From contig JBNLEI010000252.1 in the NCBI GenBank assembly GCA_050304855.1, forward strand, positions 1 to 57,264: a stretch of DNA of 57,264 nucleotides, read 5' to 3'. The notes under the pieces are model-generated. The model made no database searches. It saw only the letters and a list, made by a program, of their open reading frames with translations, and was not told the origin of the DNA. This document shows positions 22,267-30,541 of this stretch, in pieces. A program made the translations under genes and the position numbers. The DNA comes from Methylococcaceae bacterium. Its GTDB lineage: Bacteria > Pseudomonadota > Gammaproteobacteria > Methylococcales > Methylomonadaceae. Within the stretch, counting starts at the first letter, position 1. Each line of letters opens with the position of its first letter.

Positions 22267-22986
22267 ATGACTAAATCGATCACCATCGACGGCAAGCAAA
22301 TCCCTTTCGAGGAAGGGCAAACCATCATGGAGGCGGCAACTGCGGCGGGCGTTTATATTCCGCATTTATGCCATAACCCCGATTTCGAACCGCACGGAAG
22401 TTGCAAGCTTTGTTCGGTTAAAGTCAATGGACGTACTTGCACTGCCTGTACTTTTCCCGCCATAGATGGACAGGACATCGTCAATCAAAGCCAGGAATTG
22501 AACCATGATAGACAAAAAATAACCCAAATGCTATTTGTCGAAGGTAACCATTTTTGTCCGGGATGCGAAAAAACGGGCAATTGCCAGCTTCAGGCGGTGG
22601 CTTACCATTTGAATATGTTAGATAACCATTTTCCTCACTTTTTTTCTAACCGGGAAATGGACGCCTCCCATCCTGATATTCTGATCGATCATAATCGTTG
22701 TATTTTTTGTACTTTATGCGTTAGAGCGAGTGTTGAAAAAGACGGTAAAAATGTGTTCGCCATTAGCGGTAGAGGAATCAATAAACGGTTGGTGGTTAAT
22801 TCACCCAGCGGTAAGCTCAAAGACAGCGATCTCGATGTTAACGATTGCGCCGCGCATATTTGTCCGACCGGCGCAATTTTGATTAAGCGCAAGGGTTACC
22901 AAGTTCCGATTGGCCAGCGCACTTACGATCACCGTGAGATTAGCGAAGTGGCGCTGGAAAAGGAGAGTCAAAGCCATGACAGATAA
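22267..22986 (+). CDS. hoxU: diaphorase small Fe-S subunit HoxU
   Basis: IPHLC..GSCKLC [2Fe-2S], HFCPGCE..C, CIFCTLC and CPTGA motifs (NuoG N-terminus-like). Confidence 0.92.
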   Translation: MTKSITIDGKQIPFEEGQTIMEAATAAGVYIPHLCHNPDFEPHGSCKLCSVKVNGRTCTACTFPAIDGQDIVNQSQELNHDRQKITQMLFVEGNHFCPGCEKTGNCQLQAVAYHLNMLDNHFPHFFSNREMDASHPDILIDHNRCIFCTLCVRASVEKDGKNVFAISGRGINKRLVVNSPSGKLKDSDLDVNDCAAHICPTGAILIKRKGYQVPIGQRTYDHREISEVALEKESQSHDR

Positions 22987-23515
22987 AATCAGAGTCGCAA
23001 CCACATCGTTGGCCGGCTGCTTCGGATGTCATATGTCTTTTCTCGATATCGATGAGCGTATGCTGCAGTTAGCCGATGCGGTCGAGTTTGATCGCTCGCC
23101 GATTACCGATATAGAACATTGTAGTCAGTGCGATATCGGCCTCATTGAAGGCGGAGTCTGCAATTCGGAAAATGTCCATGTGCTTCGCGAATTTCGCAAG
23201 AATTGTAAGATTTTGGTTGCAGTCGGTGCTTGCGCTATCAACGGTGGGTTGCCCGCTATGCGTAATCATATCAATCTGGAAGATTGCTTAAATGAAGCCT
23301 ATATCGACGGAATGGGGGTTGAAAACCCGCAAATCCCTAGTGATCCGGAGTTGCCTTTGTTGCTGGACAAGGTTCATCCGATTCATGAAATCGTCAAAGT
23401 TGATTATTTTCTACCGGGATGTCCGCCTGCAGCAGACGTATTCTGGAAGTTTTTGACCGATCTGTTGGCAGGGCGGGAACCAGAGTTACCATATGAATTG
23501 GTTCATTATGACTAA
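22976..23515 (+). CDS. hoxY: [NiFe]-hydrogenase small subunit HoxY
   Basis: GCFGC, EGGV, VGACAINGG, LPGCPP (single proximal cluster); ATG 22976 after AGGAG. Confidence 0.92.
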   Translation: MTDKIRVATTSLAGCFGCHMSFLDIDERMLQLADAVEFDRSPITDIEHCSQCDIGLIEGGVCNSENVHVLREFRKNCKILVAVGACAINGGLPAMRNHINLEDCLNEAYIDGMGVENPQIPSDPELPLLLDKVHPIHEIVKVDYFLPGCPPAADVFWKFLTDLLAGREPELPYELVHYD

Positions 23516-23577
23516 TTCGGATGATAACGATATATTTCTTATCTCCCCTGATAGCTGAGCATTAAGGGAAACATATT

Positions 23578-25077
23578 ATGTACGAACATTTAGAAACGGC
23601 TGCAAATCCGGAGAAGCTGAAAAGAGTGGTGGTTGACCCGGTTTCGCGGGTAGAGGGCCACGGCAAGGTGAGTTTACTCCTGGATGAGAATAATCATGTC
23701 AAACAGGCGCGGCTGCATATCGTTGAATTTAGAGGCTTTGAAAAGTTTATACAAGGCCGGCCGTATTGGGAATTGCCCGTTATGGTGCAACGGTTATGCG
23801 GTATTTGTCCGGTCAGCCATCATTTGGCGGCCGCCAAAGCGATCGATCAGTTGGTCGGTGTCGACCCGGAAAACTTACCTCCGGCGGCCGATAAATTACG
23901 CCGTTTGCTGCATTTCGGCCAAGTGTTGCAGTCGCACGCATTGCACTTTTTTCACCTTTCCAGCCCCGATTTATTGTTCGGATTCGAAAGCGATATCAGT
24001 AAACGGAATGTTATCGCGGTATTGGCCGAATATCCAGATATCGGTGTGCAAGGTGTGAAACTGAGAAAATATGGTCAGGAAGTGATTCGAGTGGTATCCG
24101 GCAAGCGGGTCCATGGCACCGGAGCCATCGCCGGTGGTATGAACAAAGCATTGACCAAAGAGGAGCGGGATTACCTTTTGCAGGATATCGATCAAATGAT
24201 CGAATGGGCGGTGGGGTCGGTTGCGCTAGTTAAGAAAGTCCATACCTCCAATCTCCCGTATTACGACGATTTTGCAACGATTCGCAGCAATTACCTCGGT
24301 TTAGTCAAACCGAACGGAGCTCTAGAGCTGTATCATGGCGGCTTACGGGCGAAGAGCGACCGCGGGGAAACGTTGCTGGATCATGTTGATTATTGCCAAT
24401 ATAACCAGCATATTCATGAAGAAGTTCGGTCGTGGAGCTATATGAAGTTTCCTTATTTGACCGCTTTAGGTAAAGAGACGGGTTGGTATCGCGTCGGTCC
24501 GTTGGCGCGGGTCAACAACTGCGATTTTATCGATACGCCGTTGGCCGAAGCGGAAAGAATCGAATTTAAGCAGCATGGCGACGAGAGTATGGTCCATAGC
24601 ACGCTGGGCTTTCACTGGGCTCGGTTGATCGAAACGTTGCATTGTGCGGAAAGTATCAAGGAGTTGTTGAATGATCCCGATCTCATGAGCTCCGATTTAC
24701 GCACCGAAGGCGAAAAGCGTTTCGAAGGGATTGGGGTGATCGAGGCACCTCGTGGTACTTTGTTCCATCATTATCAGATCGATGAAAACGATATTGTCAC
24801 TAAGGCTAATTTGATAGTCTCGACCACCAGTAACAACATGGGAATGAACGAATCGGTGCGACAGGTTGCGGCCGAATATTTATCGGGGCGGGAGTTGACT
24901 GAACCGTTATTGAATAATCTGGAAGTGGCTATTCGGGCTTATGATCCTTGCCTGTCATGCGCAACTCATGCTGTCGGTAAAATGCCGTTGCAACTCGAAT
25001 TGTTTGATGCTGAAGGGAAGTTGATTGATCGTTTGGCGAAACATAGTGACGGTGTATTGGAGCGAGGTTTTTCTTAA
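23578..25077 (+). CDS. hoxH: [NiFe]-hydrogenase large subunit HoxH, group 3d
   Basis: RVEGHG, L1 RLCGICPVSH, EAPRG, L2 DPCLSCATH followed by a cleavable C-terminal extension. Confidence 0.95.
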   Translation: MYEHLETAANPEKLKRVVVDPVSRVEGHGKVSLLLDENNHVKQARLHIVEFRGFEKFIQGRPYWELPVMVQRLCGICPVSHHLAAAKAIDQLVGVDPENLPPAADKLRRLLHFGQVLQSHALHFFHLSSPDLLFGFESDISKRNVIAVLAEYPDIGVQGVKLRKYGQEVIRVVSGKRVHGTGAIAGGMNKALTKEERDYLLQDIDQMIEWAVGSVALVKKVHTSNLPYYDDFATIRSNYLGLVKPNGALELYHGGLRAKSDRGETLLDHVDYCQYNQHIHEEVRSWSYMKFPYLTALGKETGWYRVGPLARVNNCDFIDTPLAEAERIEFKQHGDESMVHSTLGFHWARLIETLHCAESIKELLNDPDLMSSDLRTEGEKRFEGIGVIEAPRGTLFHHYQIDENDIVTKANLIVSTTSNNMGMNESVRQVAAEYLSGRELTEPLLNNLEVAIRAYDPCLSCATHAVGKMPLQLELFDAEGKLIDRLAKHSDGVLERGFS

Positions 25078-25571
25078 TGAAGCCCGTATTGCTGTTCGGT
25101 TACGGTAACTTAAGTCGCGGCGATGATGCGCTGGGACCGTTGTTATTGGAGTTCGTCGAACAGGAACTCGATTTAGAAAGGATTGAAGTTCTTTGCGATT
25201 TTCAATTGCAAATCGAACATGCGTTGGATTTGCAACAGAGAGAGCGGGTTTTGTTTGTCGACGCAGCGGTAAATATGAGTACGGCTTATGATTTTACTCG
25301 GCTGGTACCTTGTAGAGATCGCAGCTATAGTAGTCATGCGATGAGTCCATCGGCCGTGTTGCAGGTTTATCGGGATGTCTGCGGACAGATGCCGCCGCCG
25401 GCATTTCTGTTAACCATACAAGGGAAAGATTTTGAATTGGGAGAGCGGTTGAGTGAGCAAGCGACGATGAACTTGGCTGAAGCCTGTCGTTTTGTCGAAC
25501 GCTTGCTCCAGCAGAATGAGGTGTCCGGATGGGAGCAAATGCTAGACCAGGCTCGGCCTCTTGCTGCGTAA
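25077..25571 (+). CDS. hoxW: hydrogenase maturation endopeptidase HoxW
   Basis: GYGNLSRGDDALG, FVDAA, SSH motifs; directly after hoxH. Confidence 0.9.
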   Translation: MKPVLLFGYGNLSRGDDALGPLLLEFVEQELDLERIEVLCDFQLQIEHALDLQQRERVLFVDAAVNMSTAYDFTRLVPCRDRSYSSHAMSPSAVLQVYRDVCGQMPPPAFLLTIQGKDFELGERLSEQATMNLAEACRFVERLLQQNEVSGWEQMLDQARPLAA

Positions 25572-25649
25572 TTTTTTGCTAAGGACGCATTTCCCCGCTT
25601 GATCGATAATTTCTTTCGTTCGGTTCCGTTAGAAGATCGGCCGCTGTGA

Positions 25650-25940
25650 TCAGTTCCAGGACCTGATAGCCATTTCCTGCCCAATGATCGATTGATAGTC
25701 TATGTCGTCTATAACTGTAACACCTCTGAACAGTTCGTTGTTGGAAATATTTCTTGAAAGCAGGTCGTTTTGGCGAACGCACAAATTGACATGGGCGTAT
25801 CTCTTTCGTGTTACTTCGTTTTTTGATTGTTTCTGTTTAACTGCGTAGACGGCGTTTTCAGTAAAGAGCAAGGTGTCGCCGTTGTTCGCTTTTGCCAAAG
25901 ACTTGGATTCGATTGGAAATTGATTGATAACGTGTAGCAT
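25650..25940 (-). CDS. DsrH/TusB family sulfur-relay subunit
   Basis: MLHVINQFP, GDTLLFTENAVYA, DL..R.I, IDDIDY, C-terminal SW, typical of DsrH/TusB. Confidence 0.7.
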   Translation of the reverse strand: MLHVINQFPIESKSLAKANNGDTLLFTENAVYAVKQKQSKNEVTRKRYAHVNLCVRQNDLLSRNISNNELFRGVTVIDDIDYQSIIGQEMAIRSWN

Positions 25941-26105
25941 GGCATTGCTCCCGGAAAGTAATATAAAATAATTGACCTGAGCTTTTTGTAATAACTATAT
26001 AAAAAATATATATTATTTATATTAGATCAATATTTTTCGGATGCCAAGTGAAAATGGAAAAAGTATTGAGTTTTAATTGGTTGCAGTCATAAGCTAGAAG
26101 AACTG

Positions 26106-27104
26106 TTATGTTTCCGCTTTTTGATCTCGGCTCAATAAATTTTGAACTGCCTTTCGAGGGTCTAGATTCTCGTAAAGAACCCGGTAGGTTTGTTCGGTGA
26201 TGGGCATTTCTATGCCATGTTTCTGGGATAACTGATAGGTTTCCTTGGCGGCAGATAACCCTTCAATTTCCTGACCAATCTCGACAATGGCTTGTTGTTT
26301 GCTCTTACCTTGACCAAGAGCCAAGCCGAAACGTCGGTTTCTGGATTGGTTATCGGTACAAGTCAGTATCAGGTCTCCAAGACCGGCTAGACCCATGAAT
26401 GTATCGGGTTGGCCTCCGAGTTCAGTGCCGAGACGAATAATTTCGTGCAGTCCTCGGGTAATCAGCGCAGCCCTTGTATTAGCGCCGAACCCGAGGCCGT
26501 CGGCGATCCCGGCTGCAATGGCCAGGACGTTTTTTACAGCGCCGCCAACCTGGACGCCGATAATATCGGAACTGGTATAAGTTCTGAAATGTTGGTTATG
26601 AAAAATCTCGGTCAGTTGTACCGCAAACACCGGGGATGCCGATGCGATGGTGATGGCGGTAGGTAAGTTTGCTGCAACTTCGCCGGCAAAGGTGGGGCCG
26701 GACAATACGGCTGTCGGAATATTGTCGCCTAGAACTTTAGCCGCGACGTCATGCAATAGCGAGCCGTCTTCGGGGTTGAAGCCTTTGGTTGCCCAGGCTA
26801 TTTTGCTTTGAGTGTTAAGGAAAGGCTTGATTTTTAATAGTGTGTCTTTGAAAACATGGCTGGGAACGGCCACCAGTATGACCGAGCTGAATATCGCGGC
26901 GTGTTCCAGATCGGCAGTGACATGAAGGAGTTCCGGAAAGCTGATGTCCGGTAAGAAATGCTGGTTTTTCTTATTTTTCTCCAGACTTTTGATATGCTCC
27001 GGTTCGTGTCCCCATAACAAAGTGTTGCAGCCGTTTCTAGCTGCTTGAATAGCCAGTGCCGTCCCCCAAGATCCGGCACCCAAAACACTGATCGACGTTG
27101 TCAT
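26106..27104 (-). CDS. gpsA: NAD(P)H-dependent glycerol-3-phosphate dehydrogenase
   Basis: GAGSWGTALA, SGPTFA, KNVLAIAAG, GLGDLILTCTDNQSRN. Confidence 0.96.
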   Translation of the reverse strand: MTTSISVLGAGSWGTALAIQAARNGCNTLLWGHEPEHIKSLEKNKKNQHFLPDISFPELLHVTADLEHAAIFSSVILVAVPSHVFKDTLLKIKPFLNTQSKIAWATKGFNPEDGSLLHDVAAKVLGDNIPTAVLSGPTFAGEVAANLPTAITIASASPVFAVQLTEIFHNQHFRTYTSSDIIGVQVGGAVKNVLAIAAGIADGLGFGANTRAALITRGLHEIIRLGTELGGQPDTFMGLAGLGDLILTCTDNQSRNRRFGLALGQGKSKQQAIVEIGQEIEGLSAAKETYQLSQKHGIEMPITEQTYRVLYENLDPRKAVQNLLSRDQKAET

Positions 27105-27108
27105 CAGA

Positions 27109-27582
27109 TCAGTTTAATTTGTCGGTGCTTGCAGCCGCATTTTGTTGGGCCTGCTGAAGGTGTTGCGCATAAAGGGCGTCAAAATTGACCGGAGCCAGCA
27201 ATAATTGCGGGAACCCCCCCTTGCTGACTAAGTCGGAAACGACTTCGCGGGCATATGGGAATAAAATATTCGGGCAGAAGCTACCCACCATAGGGCCCAT
27301 TTCCTGGTCTTTGAAACCAGCCAACGAAAAAATACCGGCTTGAGTGACTTCTACCAAGTAAGCCGTTATATCGCCGGTTTTGACCGTGACTGTTACGGTC
27401 AGAGAAATTTCGTAAAGCTTGTCTTCGAGCGCTTCAACATTGGTTCCCAGGTTGAAATCGACGGAAGGTTCCCATTTAGAAGTAAAGACTTTTGGGGCGT
27501 TGGGTGTTTCGAAAGAAATGTCTTTTGTGTAGATTTTTTGGATTGAAAATTGTTTTTCTTCCGCTTTGTTCGTTTCGGCCAT
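27109..27582 (-). CDS. secB: protein-export chaperone SecB
   Basis: IQKIYTKDISFETP, QAGIF, CPNILFPYAR, PVNFDALY. Confidence 0.97.
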   Translation of the reverse strand: MAETNKAEEKQFSIQKIYTKDISFETPNAPKVFTSKWEPSVDFNLGTNVEALEDKLYEISLTVTVTVKTGDITAYLVEVTQAGIFSLAGFKDQEMGPMVGSFCPNILFPYAREVVSDLVSKGGFPQLLLAPVNFDALYAQHLQQAQQNAAASTDKLN

Positions 27583-27672
27583 TGATTTAGGATTCGGGTT
27601 GGTGATGGATTAAATATCGACGAGTTTGAGCTGGTTGTCGATTATTAAAAGCTATGACGTTGAAACCAGTGC

Positions 27673-28113
27673 TTAGTTTTTGTTTTTACTGGTGATTTTT
27701 ATCGGTAGTTTGTTGTCTTCCCAAGACTGCATGCCTCCGGTAATATTAAATACTTGTTCGAAACCGGATTTGGTTAGGGTTTTGCAAGCAGGAACCGAGC
27801 GTGTACCGCTTTGGCATACGACAATAATGGTGTTGTTTTTATGAGGCTCCAGCGTTTGCAGTTGCTCGTCGAATTTCCCTAATGGGATATTGATGGAATT
27901 TTCTATATGACCTTTGATGAATTCGTGAGGCTCTCTGACATCTATAATTGCGGTTTCGGCGCTATTCATTTTTGTCACCGCTATCATCGGTGAGATACTG
28001 GAAAATTTGTTGAACGAATTTTCCACAAAATCTTGAATTAGCAGGAAGGTGACTGCCGCTAGCGCCAAAAAAAGTAAGTAATGATTGGAAATAAATTCTA
28101 AATATTGATCCAT
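27673..28113 (-). CDS. membrane-anchored rhodanese domain protein (YibN-like)
   Basis: N-terminal TM, IDVREPHEF.KGHI, active-site VVCQSGTRS, GGMQSW. Confidence 0.9.
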   Translation of the reverse strand: MDQYLEFISNHYLLFLALAAVTFLLIQDFVENSFNKFSSISPMIAVTKMNSAETAIIDVREPHEFIKGHIENSINIPLGKFDEQLQTLEPHKNNTIIVVCQSGTRSVPACKTLTKSGFEQVFNITGGMQSWEDNKLPIKITSKNKN

Positions 28114-28154
28114 TGAAATTTCTTCGTGGAGTAATTAAATTTGGAGAGAAGGAA

Positions 28155-28469
28155 TTATTGACAGTTGGTGCAAAAAACTTCCCGCATCATGCGGATGAGT
28201 TTTAGCATGCGTTCATCGTCGATGAAGTAATAGACGCGATTGGCTTCTTTTTTGTAGCCGAGAATATCTTTTTCCCTAAGAATGGCGAGATGTTGTGAAA
28301 TGTTACTCTGACTGGTGCCAACCTGTTCCACAATATCTTGGACGCTGATCGAGTTGCTGCCGAGCACGCAAAGAATCTTTAATCGTAAGGGATGAGACAT
28401 TGCTTTTAAGCAGCGAGCGGCGCGATTAATCTCGGCATCATTGTAAAGAATATGTTCTTCTGTTTCCAT
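28155..28469 (-). CDS. ArsR/SmtB family repressor, BigR/SqrR/YgaV-like
   Basis: LKAMSHPLRLKILC, SQSNISQHLAILR HTH, C-terminal EVFC. Confidence 0.88.
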   Translation of the reverse strand: METEEHILYNDAEINRAARCLKAMSHPLRLKILCVLGSNSISVQDIVEQVGTSQSNISQHLAILREKDILGYKKEANRVYYFIDDERMLKLIRMMREVFCTNCQ

Positions 28470-28559
28470 GTAAGGCTTAACCTTGTTGAGTGATGTTCAG
28501 CGTACTAATTGAAACACATTTAATTCGGCCATATATAACCTACGACAACACTCGAGTAT

Positions 28560-28568
28560 TGATATAAT
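28560..28568 (+). promoter_or_regulatory. extended -10 promoter facing the gpmI relic and envC
   Basis: Perfect TGnTATAAT (TGATATAAT). Confidence 0.5.
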
Positions 28569-28750
28569 GGTTTCTTAAAGTTGCTTCTTTTGCCAAAAAG
28601 ACAAAATAAAAGCCTAGAATTTATCAAAGTAATGAATATTGTTCAATAACTTTTATATGTTGTCGTCAGCGGGTATAGCCGAAATGGACGATTGAATTTT
28701 TAAGCTAGCTGTCAATCTCTTGAAGAGATATATAATTGGAGTTCGTAGAT

Positions 28751-29295
28751 TTGGTAAGCTGCTTTAAACTTTTAGTGTCTCCATTCTTGATGGCTTTGGC
28801 TGCTGGAATGGAAAAATCCACACCATTTTCGTGGTAAATGCCCCCGTGCCGGGATGAGTTGTTCGAGGGGAGGAAGACGAGAACATGTCTTCACCAAAAG
28901 TCAAAATATTCGATATGCAACCTGAGATGAGTGAGCCGGAAGAGGTGACGGAACATTGGAGCAATGCGTTCGGCGGGGGCCGGTTGATGTGGTTATTTGT
29001 AATTACGCCGATTGCGACATGGTAAGGTACGCCGGTAGATTTGGCATAGAGGTTGAAGCCATTGATGCTTCATTGCGGGAAAATGTCGGTGGCAGCGGAG
29101 CACGCTAATATTGAGCTGATGGTGAACGAAAATATGCAATCCCATACGACAAATAAAACACCTATTATGTATGTAGTTGGTCTAGGAAGTCCGGCCGAGC
29201 AAGAGGATTTATCTGATATAGCCCTTACGACGGCAGCAATTTGGGCTATGCAGCAGCCCGCGAAAATGACGGGACGTTCGCTGTTGGTTGACTAA
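28751..29295 (+). pseudogene. gpmI: decayed 2,3-bisphosphoglycerate-independent phosphoglycerate mutase
   Basis: Collinear GpmI fragments in shifting frames: ILDGFG (28783), SPKVKIFDMQPEMS, VDVVICNYADCDMV, VEAIDASL, AEHANIELM..HTTNKTP, LSDIALT..MQQPAKMTGRSLL; internal stop, frameshifts and large deletion; canonical gpmI position before envC. Confidence 0.88.
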
Positions 29296-30464
29296 TGATG
29301 GCAAATCACCGCAACTTGGTTTTATGGTTTTTGCTTCTGGCGCTTTGTCCTTTTGCCGGAAGGGGACAAACTTCCGCTGAGAGCAGCAAACGCCAATTAA
29401 ATCAGTTGCAGAGTCAGATTAAGCAGGTGGATGCTGAAGTCAATAGTCTGCAATTGGAGAAAAACCGGCTGCATGAGCAATTGAAGGAGCAGGAAATACG
29501 TTACGGACAGATTGCCCGTATCGTCAAAGACTTACAGATTGAGATTGACCGGCAGCGAGACGTTTTGAAGGAGATCGGACGCAAGATCGAAGTCGCCAGG
29601 AACGCAGTTGTCAGGCAAAAAAACGAGCTCGAGAGGCAGATTCGGTCTGCTCATGCTATGGGAGGCAAAGAGCGTCTAAAAGTGATTTTTAATCAACAAG
29701 ATCCGGAATTGTCCAGCCGAATGTTGGTCTACTATGATTATTTGAATAAAGCCCGGTTGGATAAGCTAAAAATTGTCGAAGAAAATTTTCGTACGCTTAC
29801 ACAATTGGAAAATAAGAAACAGCAAGAGGCCGTTGCGCTGACCGATACGTTGGGTAAGTATCGGCACGAACAAAACGAATTGCAAGCGGTCAGGAAGGAA
29901 CGCGAGAAGTTGTTGGTTCAGTTGAATAATCAGTATTCCAGCAAAAAAACGCGGTTGGAACAGTTAAAAATTAATGAGCGGCGATTACAACAATTGATTG
30001 CTTCCTTGCAGAAATCCGCCGATGGTTTTCCCTTTCAAGAAGGGCCGGCTAAACCTTTTGCTCAGTTAAAGGGGCAATTACCGTGGCCGCTAGCAGGTCG
30101 GTTGATTAAGAAGTTCGGTAGTTCACGTGCAGAGAGCCGCTGGGATGGTGTTCTGATTAATGCTGCAGAAGGATCTAATATTCATGCGGTGACTAGAGGA
30201 AGGGTTGTTTATGCCGACTGGTTGCGAGGCTACGGCTTGTTGACTATTATTGACCATGGTAATGGGTATATGACTTTGTATGCTTTCAATCAGAGTCTTT
30301 ACAAAACCGAAGGCGAATGGGTCGAGGCCGGAGATGTGATTGCGTCGGTAGGCAAAAGCGGCGGTCGGTCCAAGCCGGCACTGTATTTCGGTATCAGAAA
30401 AAAGGGTAAACCGGTCGACCCGGTCACTTGGTGCCGTAAAATGCGCAAAGACAGAGTCGGATAA
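29295..30464 (+). CDS. envC: murein hydrolase activator EnvC (M23 family, degenerate)
   Basis: Signal peptide, long coiled coil, LytM domain (GQLPWP, WDGV, YADWLRGYG, LYFGIRK) lacking Zn ligands. Confidence 0.9.
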   Translation: MMANHRNLVLWFLLLALCPFAGRGQTSAESSKRQLNQLQSQIKQVDAEVNSLQLEKNRLHEQLKEQEIRYGQIARIVKDLQIEIDRQRDVLKEIGRKIEVARNAVVRQKNELERQIRSAHAMGGKERLKVIFNQQDPELSSRMLVYYDYLNKARLDKLKIVEENFRTLTQLENKKQQEAVALTDTLGKYRHEQNELQAVRKEREKLLVQLNNQYSSKKTRLEQLKINERRLQQLIASLQKSADGFPFQEGPAKPFAQLKGQLPWPLAGRLIKKFGSSRAESRWDGVLINAAEGSNIHAVTRGRVVYADWLRGYGLLTIIDHGNGYMTLYAFNQSLYKTEGEWVEAGDVIASVGKSGGRSKPALYFGIRKKGKPVDPVTWCRKMRKDRVG

Positions 30465-30468
30465 TTAT

Positions 30469-30490
30469 TTTTGTGATGTTGATCATATTG
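30469..30490. promoter_or_regulatory. CRP/FNR-family site candidate upstream of ctpA
   Basis: TGTGA-TGTTGA-TCATA (30472-30487), with TAAAAT at 30513-30518. Confidence 0.35.
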
Positions 30491-30541
30491 TTAACCTGAA
30501 ATGTTTTGTATATAAAATCAGGTACTTGGAGTTTTAAGCAC

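Noticed and set aside
27583-27672. Possible grxC remnant between rhodanese and secB
   Set aside because: Only 90 bp, and I found no CPYC or GGxDD trace.
28855-28857. In-frame TGA in the gpmI-like region as selenocysteine or readthrough
   Set aside because: It lies at the deletion junction amid several frameshifts; GpmI is not a selenoprotein and decay explains it.
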